A stretch of DNA of 30,017 nucleotides from a virus: UHGV virus genome UHGV-0128346. One strand, 5' to 3'. Numbering within the stretch: position 1 is the first letter of the stretch; each line of letters opens with the position of its first letter. Positions 10,697 through 18,534 of the stretch are shown in pieces. The notes under the pieces were generated by a model that made no database searches, was not told the DNA's origin, and was given only the letters and a program-made list of their open reading frames with translations. A program made the translations under genes and the position numbers.

Positions 10697-11006
10697 TTCT
10701 TCCCGGCAGTTTTCCTTTGTAGGTTATCCACACACTCTGCGCCTCTAAAATTATGGGGCGCTTTTCCGGCGACTGCTCATCCCCTCCACATAACCCGGTA
10801 GCAACATCCAGGAAGACCTGTCTGATGCTCCTTCTGGCTGCTGCCTCATAAAACTCCAGCGCGGCACCTTCAACACGGTCCAGCGAGATGTCCAGGTCAA
10901 AAATTTCACCGTCAAAGCGTTCTTTGTCCTGTAATGCTAAAGTTACCGTAACTTTATTCTCAAAATTGCGGATCCCTTTCACAATCATTTCATAGTTTTG
11001 GACCAT
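10662..11006 (-). CDS. Hypothetical protein between holin and endolysin (possibly YdfR-like)
   Basis: 114-aa ORF; its ATG is 4 nt after the holin stop with a GAGGAGA ribosome-binding site; same position as ydfR between essQ and rrrQ in prophage Qin, as I recall. Confidence 0.6.
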   Translation of the reverse strand: MVQNYEMIVKGIRNFENKVTVTLALQDKERFDGEIFDLDISLDRVEGAALEFYEAAARRSIRQVFLDVATGLCGGDEQSPEKRPIILEAQSVWITYKGKLPGRITGSLKTPPKW

Positions 11007-11010
11007 TATA

Positions 11011-11226
11011 TTACTCTCCTCTCGCAGCCTTTCTTCTGTCTTCTCTGATTTTGAAGTACAGATTCGTCAGATAAGTCAGAAAGCCCAGAACCAGACTTCC
11101 CAGTACACCAATCGCAGCCCACTGAGACGGACTAACCTGATCAAGCCATTGTAAAAACCAGTAGCCAGCACTGCCTGCGGAGGTGCCGTAGGCAATGCCT
11201 GTTGATATTTTTTCCATCTGATACAT
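11011..11226 (-). CDS. S: Pinholin (phage 21 S-type holin), dual-start MYQMEK
   Basis: From Met25 the ORF reads [66 protein letters not shown], essentially the S21 sequence as recalled; two closely spaced Met codons. Confidence 0.85.
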   Translation of the reverse strand: MYQMEKISTGIAYGTSAGSAGYWFLQWLDQVSPSQWAAIGVLGSLVLGFLTYLTNLYFKIREDRRKAARGE

Positions 11227-11356
11227 ATCCCGCCCCAACAGACCTGTGCTACCGGAAAGAAAAAAGGCCATCAGCAAAACTCTGATGGCCTGAATCACCT
11301 TTACCAGTCATGTATGAAAAAATACGCACAACCAATTGACAATAATTATCATTTTC

Positions 11357-11458
11357 ATTAAAAATACCGCGTAACATTCTTATTTCATGAAGAACCATAC
11401 CCGCCAGCAACCTGAGTAGCAAAAGCTGTTCATCCCCCATATTTTTGCTGGCGGGTTC
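11357..11458 (+). ncRNA. Candidate small RNA antisense to the late operon (promoter-like TTGACA-N17-TAAAAA at ~11327-11355, then 12-bp-stem hairpin 11390-11447 and U-tract)
   Basis: Promoter-like hexamers followed ~35 nt later by a perfect 12-bp inverted repeat (ACCCGCCAGCAA/TTGCTGGCGGGT) and TCTTTTTTCT; no credible ORF. Confidence 0.25.
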
Positions 11459-11682
11459 TTTTTTCTACTGCCCTCCTCCCCAGGAAAAGCATTTCATTCT
11501 TTTCTCATTAATCGTTACTGGAGAGAAGGCGGGAAAAAGCCAGCTCTTTGGCCCTAAATAACAGCATGGCTTCAGTCCATACAGAATCTGATTTTCCAGC
11601 TCACATAATAACCAGATGATGCAGTTGCAAAATCTGGCAACATCGGATTATTATGCGCCTGTGAAAATTTCTTCACGTTTTA

Positions 11683-11740
11683 TTCCTTGCCGCCCGTGCC
11701 TCCCAGCGCGGGCTTTTTTATCCAAAAAATACCCCTCCGG
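11683..11740. terminator. Back-to-back intrinsic terminators sharing a T6/A6 tract (plus-strand hairpin ~11683-11704, minus-strand hairpin ~11721-11740)
   Basis: GCCCG...CGGGC followed by TTTTTT on the plus strand; TACCCCTC-CGGA-GAGGGGTA preceded by AAAAAA on the plus strand, i.e. followed by U6 on the minus strand. Confidence 0.6.
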
Positions 11741-12028
11741 AGAGGGGTATCATACAAGGGGATGACCATGATGCATGGTGCCGGGTGCCTCCCGGTGAGT
11801 CCGGCATCAGCATACGAACCCGCGATTATCCCAGAACTGACTGCTGATTCGCCCCGCCGCTTAGGGGGATTCACCATGCGTTTTTTTATTTACAAACTCT
11901 TCGCCAGACAAACAACCATTAACTGGCTGAATTGTGAGGTATTTCAATTTTTAGAAAACTGACCAACCTCCGCTTATACGCCGGGCATGGAGCGGATACA
12001 AAAAAGCCCCGCAAAAGCAGATCAGAAG

Positions 12029-12069
12029 GATTCGTTGTAAAAAAAAAGCTGTCAGATTATCGCGCTAAT
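12029..12069 (-). terminator. Intrinsic terminator downstream of the beta-class methyltransferase
   Basis: Perfect 13-bp inverted repeat AGCTGTCAGATTA-TCGCGC-TAATCTGACAGCT, followed by a T-run of 8 or more on the minus strand. Confidence 0.7.
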
Positions 12070-12319
12070 CTGACAGCTACAGCAGGTATCCAAAAACATG
12101 GGTGGAAACAATAAGTGAGTTAAGAAGACACGGTGTCGGATTTTTACCGATGAGCCGTTGGCGTGGTCAACCGTGACTCGCTTGTATCAACGATGAATTA
12201 ATGAAGCCAATCCTTTGCAGGCTATGTACAACCCACCACATCAGCCCTGCTGCATTGCAGGATACACTGTATCTGTAATCATTATACGGCACAGACATCC
12301 CACCAATAATTGAATTAAT

Positions 12320-13381
12320 TCACAAAATTGTATTTGCTGATAACATACTGATTTCCTGGATGGTCTGATTAAACCGCTCTGTCTCAAGCTCAACACCTAA
12401 CGCCCGACGCCCCAGCGCCATTGCTGCTTTTATTGTGGAACCGGATCCCATAAAGAAATCAGCAACCAGATCGCCGGGTCGACTACTGGCATTGATTATT
12501 TGCCTGAGCATATCCGCCGGTTTCTCACACGGATGTTTACCCGGGTAGAACTGAACGGGTTTATGCATCCAGACATCGGTATAAGGCACGGAGACTGATA
12601 CGGAGAAATAGCGCCGGAGAGATTTAAACTCATCCAGCAATTCAGAATATTTGCGATTCAGTGAATCATAAGATGCCACCAACTGGTGGTGTGGTTGTTC
12701 CAGTTGTTGTTCCTGAAACTTCTCTGCCGCTATACGGGAAAACAGTGCCTGTAACTTCCGGTAGTCAGCCTCATTCGGCAACTGCCACTGACTGGCACCA
12801 AACCAGTGGGAAACCATATTTTTCTTACCTGTGGCTTCGGCAATTTGTTTTGCCGTTATACCCAGTTCGGCACGAGCATCCCTGAAATACGATATCAGCG
12901 GTGCCATTATGTGCTGTTTGAGTTCCCTTTCTTTTGCCACATAGCCGTCACTTTTGCCGCGATATGGCCCCCGGTAATGTTCAGCAAACAGAACGCGCTC
13001 TGTGGCAGGAAAATATGCGCGCAGACTTTCTTTATTACACCCATTCCAACGTCCGGACGGCTTCGCCCAGATGATATGGTTAAGCACGTTGAAACGTTCA
13101 CGCATCATGATCTCAATATCAGATGCCAGGCGATGCCCACAGAACAGGTAAAGGCTTCCGGCAGGTTTCAACACCCGCCAGAACTGGGCCAGACAGTGGT
13201 CCAGCCACTTAAGGTAATCTTCGTCCCCTTTCCACTGATTGTCCCAACCGTTGGGTTTCACCTTGAAGTAAGGCGGATCGGTAACAATCAGGTCAATGGA
13301 ATCATCAGGCAGGGACTGAATAAAATGCAGGCAATCAGCGTTGATTAAATCAATACTGTTTATTTTTACAGTGTTTTTCAT
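12320..13381 (-). CDS. DNA methyltransferase, beta-class (N6-adenine or N4-cytosine); motif IV DPPY near N-terminus, motif I FxGxG near C-terminus
   Basis: 353 aa; LIVTDPPYF at residues ~31-39 and DFFMGSGST near the C-terminus give the beta-class motif order; no adjacent restriction enzyme recognised. Confidence 0.85.
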   Translation of the reverse strand: MKNTVKINSIDLINADCLHFIQSLPDDSIDLIVTDPPYFKVKPNGWDNQWKGDEDYLKWLDHCLAQFWRVLKPAGSLYLFCGHRLASDIEIMMRERFNVLNHIIWAKPSGRWNGCNKESLRAYFPATERVLFAEHYRGPYRGKSDGYVAKERELKQHIMAPLISYFRDARAELGITAKQIAEATGKKNMVSHWFGASQWQLPNEADYRKLQALFSRIAAEKFQEQQLEQPHHQLVASYDSLNRKYSELLDEFKSLRRYFSVSVSVPYTDVWMHKPVQFYPGKHPCEKPADMLRQIINASSRPGDLVADFFMGSGSTIKAAMALGRRALGVELETERFNQTIQEISMLSANTIL

Positions 13382-13530
13382 GGATCAGTAAGCGTAACTC
13401 TGGTAGGCTCACTCTGCTTTTGCGCTAAAGCAGTGGGCCATGGTTCGCTTGTGACCAGTAAGCATGAGCGAATGGCTGGCAGGTGCTACCAACACCCACC
13501 AGCCGCCCATTTTCACAAATTAAAAGCCCT

Positions 13531-13725
13531 TCATTGCTGAAGGCGTCTGTAACAGCCGAACTGGTAATCTGCCAGCCCCGCCATAACCAGCTGGGTCAGT
13601 ATTAACTGACAGCGTTCGCGTGAAAGGTATGTGTTTTGTGCTATCTCCCCGACTGTTGCCGGTTTGCCGTTTAATTCATTAAAAACAACTTTCGCCGTTT
13701 CTGTCATATCTTGCTGTTTTAGCAT
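13531..13725 (-). CDS. Hypothetical small wHTH-like DNA-binding protein (64 aa)
   Basis: ATVGEIAQNTYLSRERCQLILTQLVMAGLA resembles a helix-turn-helix; ~150 nt upstream of the methyltransferase on the same strand. Confidence 0.35.
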   Translation of the reverse strand: MLKQQDMTETAKVVFNELNGKPATVGEIAQNTYLSRERCQLILTQLVMAGLADYQFGCYRRLQQ

Positions 13726-13840
13726 GTCTTTTTACCTTCATGGTTAACATGACATACCAATAACTCTTGTCTAAAAAGCCAGCAAGATAAAAAGTCAGTA
13801 TTCACGACCACCAGCGTGTTTACCGTACTGCACCAATGTT

Positions 13841-13870
13841 TAATTTATAAAAAAACCGCGAGAACGCGGT
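13841..13870 (-). terminator. Intrinsic terminator after the 176-aa cargo ORF
   Basis: ACCGCG-AGAA-CGCGGT hairpin followed by a U-rich tract on the minus strand. Confidence 0.6.
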
Positions 13871-13906
13871 AAGTATTGTTAAAAAAAAACAGTAATTTCA
13901 CTCAAC

Positions 13907-14437
13907 TTATTTAATACATTCTTTTGCTTGCGCATAATAAATTTTATGAGTATTAGCAAGCTTAACGAAGTTATACTTAACTGCCCCTAACAGGGTTCCA
14001 ACTCTTGTATGCCCTTCCATTAAATGAAGCCCTGTTGTATTACTTTTCAGCAAAGCTCGATCTATAAAAAATGGAGGTTCACACCATGTGCCAAAATTAC
14101 ACCAATGCGCTTTTATTTCATCATCCATAAATACATCGCCTTTACGGGTTGTGAAATCTTCAACGACCTCATGCAAAAAATCAGGGTAAGTAGCATTATC
14201 CCCGATAGTTAAAAAATTTTTAGTGGGAAGTTCAATCAATTTCCATTCGATTTGGTCAATATTAAGATCCCCATAAAGCTCCTGAAATCTGTCATAACCT
14301 GCCAATCCATAATAAATCTCCTGAATTACAGGAGTGGGGGCGGCGATAGAATATTGCTCACGAAGTATTCTTTCAGCCTCAGGAGCTTTAAATATGGGTC
14401 TTTCTGAGAAAATAGGCAAAAGATCTCGGTATAACAT
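13907..14437 (-). CDS. Hypothetical protein (176 aa), AT-rich cargo gene immediately downstream of PR'/tR'
   Basis: GGGGA ribosome-binding site 6 nt before the ATG; GC estimated by eye at ~36%, clearly below the surrounding phage DNA; flanked by intrinsic terminators; no signal peptide; no family recognised. Confidence 0.6.
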   Translation of the reverse strand: MLYRDLLPIFSERPIFKAPEAERILREQYSIAAPTPVIQEIYYGLAGYDRFQELYGDLNIDQIEWKLIELPTKNFLTIGDNATYPDFLHEVVEDFTTRKGDVFMDDEIKAHWCNFGTWCEPPFFIDRALLKSNTTGLHLMEGHTRVGTLLGAVKYNFVKLANTHKIYYAQAKECIK

Positions 14438-14450
14438 CCATATCCCCGTG

Positions 14451-14486
14451 TAAGAAAAAATAATTTAACCCGCTCGGCGGCGGGTT
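14451..14486 (-). terminator. tR'-like intrinsic terminator downstream of Q and the PR'-like promoter
   Basis: AACCCGC-TCGGCG-GCGGGTT hairpin followed by AAATTATTTTTT on the minus strand, ~110 nt after the Q stop. Confidence 0.6.
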
Positions 14487-14531
14487 CTTGGACTCATCAA
14501 CGGTAGACATACAAAGCCCATCGTTGGGAAA

Positions 14532-14560
14532 ATCTTATCCATATTTTTTGAGAAATGCAA
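14532..14560 (-). promoter_or_regulatory. Candidate late promoter PR' (TTGCAT-N17-TAAGAT, minus strand), presumed Q-utilisation region
   Basis: Sigma70-like hexamers with 17-nt spacing, 30-60 nt downstream of the Q stop and upstream of the tR'-like terminator; the lambda-style arrangement. Confidence 0.4.
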
Positions 14561-14591
14561 GCATCATGTCGCCATCTTCGGTGAAAATCAC

Positions 14592-15344
14592 TTATCTCGT
14601 CACCTTTCTCAATTGTGCTTCAGCGAATGCTTCTTCCTGCCAGCACTTTGTTACCAGTTTATCAATGACGTCTGCATATCCTTTGTACCACTGATAATCA
14701 GTCAGGTCTGGTACCAGCTTCTGGACATGACGTCGTGCCAGTGTGGTCGGTAAACGACTAAACCGGTTTCCATTGCAACGCCCACAAATCTTATAAACAG
14801 GCGCGCCATGAAGCCGGGTTCTTTTTTCATCCAGGACAATGCCTTTACCCTTACACCCTCTGCAAGCCGTGCTGACTTCTCCCTTACCATGGCAATGCTG
14901 ACATAATTCCTTCACCCACTCTTCCTTGATAACAGATTCCCCGCTTCTGGAGTGTTTCACCACTTCGCGCAATACACTATGAAATCCAGTACCAGCACAA
15001 TGCTCACAGCGAGCCTTACTTGCCGCAGACCTGGAATAATCAGCAAAGGCAAAACTCACAAGGTAAGGGATGATCTGTAACCGGGTTTCTTCACTCAATT
15101 TGTTCAATGTCGGGTTATCCATTGCCATCGCGTAATTGAGCAGACCTTCAATCGCAAACTGAGGATCCTGAACACCAACTTTTGCCAGGAATAAGGCAAA
15201 CCCAAGCGGTGCTTTCGACTGCACCATCCCCTGCGCAGCCATCACATCCGTAATCGTTAAACCACCTGAGCCTGTCGCCGGTGCGTCATCGCTCAATTTT
15301 GGAGATTTTGGGGAGTAATATTTTGGTAAGGCTTCAAGGTTCAT
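14592..15344 (-). CDS. Q: Late-gene antiterminator Q (lambda Q family, 250 aa)
   Basis: Matches recalled lambda Q: YYSPKSPKLSDDAPATGSGGLTITDVMAAQGM, FAFADYSRSAASKARCEHCAGTG, C-terminal ...VTR; Cys-rich zinc-binding motifs; same length as the Qin prophage homologue. Confidence 0.85.
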   Translation of the reverse strand: MNLEALPKYYSPKSPKLSDDAPATGSGGLTITDVMAAQGMVQSKAPLGFALFLAKVGVQDPQFAIEGLLNYAMAMDNPTLNKLSEETRLQIIPYLVSFAFADYSRSAASKARCEHCAGTGFHSVLREVVKHSRSGESVIKEEWVKELCQHCHGKGEVSTACRGCKGKGIVLDEKRTRLHGAPVYKICGRCNGNRFSRLPTTLARRHVQKLVPDLTDYQWYKGYADVIDKLVTKCWQEEAFAEAQLRKVTR

Positions 15345-15357
15345 GCTCGTTCTCCAC

Positions 15358-16353
15358 TTACGCCAGTACGCCTATTGCCAGCGCATGATCGATAAAACGA
15401 AATATCAGCTCCAGCTGGGAGCCATACATCTCTTCAAATGCCACGGTATCCGCATGCAGCTCGTCGTGATGCTTTCTGCACAAAGGCAACACAAAGAGGT
15501 CATGCGCTTTTGTACCCATTCCACCCTGACCATGGCCTATCAGGTGGTGGGGATCATCAGCAGGCTTTCCACAACATGCACACGGCTGTGTCTTAACCCA
15601 GCGCGTGTACTTTTCATTAACCCAGCGGCGACGTTTTGGGCGTAACATAAAAGACTCCGGCGACTCTGGCTCCACTTTCAGCGCCAGCACCTTTTTCGCT
15701 TTATCCTGGATAATGCTGGTGGCAGGAACCGAAGGAACAAGGTCACTCTCCCGGGTGACAGACGGCACAACCGGCTTCGGTAATCTCAGTGCCTTACGGG
15801 CTGCACTTTCCGGTAAGGCATCCGCCAGGTCATTACGAACCAGCCACCAGCACAGTTCCGGCATTGTCACTACGTGACTGTCATCAAAACCGAGATCCCG
15901 ACGCACGACAGATAACACCCAGTGGGCACAGTTATCCGTTGCCATTGATTCCAGCCGTTCCGTGAACTGATCACGCAACTGGTTATCGCAGTGCCAACAC
16001 AGACGAATTGCGCCCGGCGCGTGTCGCATTGTGGTCATGTTCTCGCTGTGCCAGTCGGAATGAGGCCACTGACAGCCCTTTTCACGAAGTAACCAGCTTT
16101 CAAGACATTCCACGCCACCAGCACGACGGATCACTGCCTCATTGCGGAACACGGCCCGAACGGCAGGATCATCCGCCAGCGGTTGTGATGCCGCCGGAAC
16201 GGCACCACTGGCGAAAGATGAATAACGTTCCGGCTCAGGCTCCAGCAGGACACGCCCCTGCATAAACAGGGGCATCAGCTCTGAACCTGGCCTGAACAAT
16301 ACGATCCCCATACGCGGGGCAATTTCAGGGGTCAGTAGTGCTCTCACGGTCAC
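15358..16353 (-). CDS. DUF968-like protein with C-terminal HNH-like Cys/His motif (YdfU-like)
   Basis: 331 aa; C-terminal CACCGKPADDPHHLIGHGQGG...CRKHHDELH; upstream of Q, as ydfU is in Qin. Confidence 0.6.
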   Translation of the reverse strand: MTVRALLTPEIAPRMGIVLFRPGSELMPLFMQGRVLLEPEPERYSSFASGAVPAASQPLADDPAVRAVFRNEAVIRRAGGVECLESWLLREKGCQWPHSDWHSENMTTMRHAPGAIRLCWHCDNQLRDQFTERLESMATDNCAHWVLSVVRRDLGFDDSHVVTMPELCWWLVRNDLADALPESAARKALRLPKPVVPSVTRESDLVPSVPATSIIQDKAKKVLALKVEPESPESFMLRPKRRRWVNEKYTRWVKTQPCACCGKPADDPHHLIGHGQGGMGTKAHDLFVLPLCRKHHDELHADTVAFEEMYGSQLELIFRFIDHALAIGVLA

Positions 16354-16354
16354 C

Positions 16355-17152
16355 TCAATGAACGGTATCGAGCAGCTTTAACAGCTCAGGGAATCGGGAT
16401 TCGAAGAAATGCGGCTGCGTCTCGCGCGGATTTGCAGGACTGGTGATGTTCTTGCCGAACATGCAGCCTTTCGCCGTCAGCGACCAGAATTTTTTGATGT
16501 TGTTAATCGCGGTACGGCTGTATCGTTCGCGTTGTTCAACGATCCCCAGCTTCACCATCTGGTGATATGCCTGATTAGCCGTCAGGCGGATACCATACTG
16601 TTTCAGCAGTGCACTCAGTGACAGTGTCGGGCGACTTGAGCCATCGTGTGCATCAGCAGGAGCATCAATGGCATAGCGCGGTGCCAGATTCGGTAAGCCA
16701 ACAGCCTCCTGGAGTTTCTGACAGGCACCAAGCACAGATGAGTTAGACAGGTTTAACTCCCGACGCATAAAGTCCAGCAGAATCACACCAGCCTGCATCT
16801 TGTCAGCAGCCTGTCCGGATAATTTTTCCGGTGCGCTGGTTACCATGTCGAAAGTACGGATCACCTTAAGATGGAATGACGGGCTTATCCACATTGCATA
16901 GGCATACACCAGTTCTTTGCAGACATACGTCCCCTGGTTATTTCCGCCACGAATAACGTTAACTGGCTCTATATTGACCGAGTTGCAAATCTGCAACTCG
17001 CTTATTAAACGTTCAGTTTGCTCATTGCGGAGCCAGAATGCAGGCTTATGCTTATCCAGAGAACCGGCAGCCCTGTGAAGATCGTTCAGGCTGTAACGAC
17101 CATAAGCATCACGACGAACTTCAATACCATCAATAACCATCAGATTATTCAT
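16355..17152 (-). CDS. KilA-N domain protein
   Basis: N-terminal VIDGIEVRRDAYGRYSLNDLHRAAG...KPAFWLRNEQTERLI is a typical KilA-N signature. Confidence 0.7.
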   Translation of the reverse strand: MNNLMVIDGIEVRRDAYGRYSLNDLHRAAGSLDKHKPAFWLRNEQTERLISELQICNSVNIEPVNVIRGGNNQGTYVCKELVYAYAMWISPSFHLKVIRTFDMVTSAPEKLSGQAADKMQAGVILLDFMRRELNLSNSSVLGACQKLQEAVGLPNLAPRYAIDAPADAHDGSSRPTLSLSALLKQYGIRLTANQAYHQMVKLGIVEQRERYSRTAINNIKKFWSLTAKGCMFGKNITSPANPRETQPHFFESRFPELLKLLDTVH

Positions 17153-17171
17153 ACTTCGTTTCTCCTCTTAA

Positions 17172-17561
17172 TCAGGCGGCTGCACCCGCCGTTTTCTCGT
17201 ACTTACTGATAGTGATCTCGACCTTCCCTTCCGGGATAACCGGTCCCCACTCCACCAGCATTCTTTTCACCTGACTGTCGTCTTCCCACACACCCGCGTG
17301 GGTCAGGGCGTCAAACAGCGCCTTGTTATAGTTGTCCAGATCGCGGATCCGGTTATCCGGAGGAAACAACACGATCTCCACTGAAGCAGGTGCCGACGTT
17401 GGTTTCGGCAGACGACGTAACTGCTCAACTATTGCTGCGCACGCCGCGCTCTGGAATTTTCGCCCCGCCGCGCTTATCAGGCTCTTACCAGCAAACGCCC
17501 CTTTGTTGGGGTGTCGCCAGTACGTGTTCACGCTGGGCGGAAAAGGCAGGATCAGCTTCAT
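17172..17561 (-). CDS. rusA: RusA Holliday-junction resolvase
   Basis: 129 aa with PFPPSVNTYWRH...DLDNYNKALFDALTHAGVWEDDSQV, matching RusA catalytic-region motifs. Confidence 0.9.
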   Translation of the reverse strand: MKLILPFPPSVNTYWRHPNKGAFAGKSLISAAGRKFQSAACAAIVEQLRRLPKPTSAPASVEIVLFPPDNRIRDLDNYNKALFDALTHAGVWEDDSQVKRMLVEWGPVIPEGKVEITISKYEKTAGAAA

Positions 17562-17884
17562 ACTTTCAGGCCCCTCTCATGTAACCAGTGGGCTGCACGC
17601 AGCCTTGCGTTTTCCTCACCGGCAAGCAGTGAGCGGATAATCCCGACCGCCTCGCTGTCGTCGTCCTTCACCGCGGTATGAAGCGTGATGCCCCGGGCCA
17701 CGCCACGCTTTATCGTGATGACGCCTTTTTTCTCCAGTGCGCGAAGATGCTCCACCGCTGCATTCACTGAACGGTATCCCAGCATGGTTGCCACCTCCTG
17801 ATTGGTTGGCGGGAAGCCACGTTCTTTCTGATAAGAAATCAGCATATCCAGCACCTGCTGCTGGCATTGAGTTAACGTCGTCAT
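17558..17884 (-). CDS. LexA N-terminal DNA-binding-domain homologue lacking the S24 peptidase domain
   Basis: First ~70 aa (LTQCQQQVLDMLISYQKERGFPPTNQEVATMLGYRSVNAAVEHLRALEKKGVITIKRGVARGITL) match the recalled E. coli LexA N-terminus motif for motif; total length 108 aa. Confidence 0.7.
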   Translation of the reverse strand: MTTLTQCQQQVLDMLISYQKERGFPPTNQEVATMLGYRSVNAAVEHLRALEKKGVITIKRGVARGITLHTAVKDDDSEAVGIIRSLLAGEENARLRAAHWLHERGLKV

Positions 17885-18534
17885 GCCGCCATCTCCCTGA
17901 CCAGTTTTTCCGCCTGCTGGCGAACCTGCACCAGAAAGGCTTCACCACATGCCTCAAGTTCATCGCGCCCGATGTAGCTGATTGCCGGTCCCTTCCAGGT
18001 CTTGTCGAAAACAGCAATAGCACCAGCGAAGAAAGCGCCTGTCGGCACCTGCTTCTCATCCTTCGGGATAAACCAGGCAGGCAGTTCAAAACCAATACGC
18101 CCGCGAATAAAAGCAATATGGTCCGCATCTTCCGGCCACCACACTTCGCTGGTGGCAGCTTTGATCAGGAAAACATAGCGCCCGCCCTTATCACGCATGG
18201 CACTGGCATGTTTCATGATGTAACGCATGCCGGTGATGTATTGCCCCTCATGCTGACTGGCGCGGCTGTATGGGGGATTACCAAAGGCAGCACCTTTAAG
18301 CTCCGCAAGACGTTCTGACCAGTCATGCGCCAGCGCGTTATCTTCCGCCGTGTAATACGCGGCACATTTGGCGTTATCACCGTCAGTAAACAGATCCAGA
18401 ACAAACGGGCCAAACAGGGTGTTAATTCCCCAGAAAATGTTGTCCGGCGTGCGCCACTGATCGCCCACTTCCTTCAGTTCATGGGCTGGTTTGTTCCGCA
18501 GTTCCGCCAGCGCCTGGCAATATTTATTACTCAT
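17881..18534 (-). CDS. Phage Dam-family N6-adenine DNA methyltransferase
   Basis: FGNPPYS catalytic motif; likely start at Met12, where the upstream stop and this ATG overlap (TAATG). Confidence 0.8.
   Translation of the reverse strand: MSNKYCQALAELRNKPAHELKEVGDQWRTPDNIFWGINTLFGPFVLDLFTDGDNAKCAAYYTAEDNALAHDWSERLAELKGAAFGNPPYSRASQHEGQYITGMRYIMKHASAMRDKGGRYVFLIKAATSEVWWPEDADHIAFIRGRIGFELPAWFIPKDEKQVPTGAFFAGAIAVFDKTWKGPAISYIGRDELEACGEAFLVQVRQQAEKLVREMAA

Noticed and set aside
10399-10731. 110-aa minus-strand ORF overlapping the plus-strand 90-aa gene
   Set aside because: Ser/Cys-rich odd composition, no ribosome-binding site, overlaps the well-supported 114-aa gene in another frame; the plus-strand ORF with a strong ribosome-binding site is the better model.
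11249-11962. Small ORFs 11249-11440 (-), 11680-11877 (-) and 11687-11962 (+)
   Set aside because: They lie across hairpins and terminators, lack ribosome-binding sites and have low-complexity translations; the region is better explained as structured non-coding DNA.
12252-12264. 13-bp palindrome GATACA-C-TGTATC resembling the arms of the OL palindrome (AGATACAT-A-ATGTATCT)
   Set aside because: Only the 6-bp arms are shared and the spacing differs (1 versus 3 nt); could easily be coincidence, so not called as an operator.
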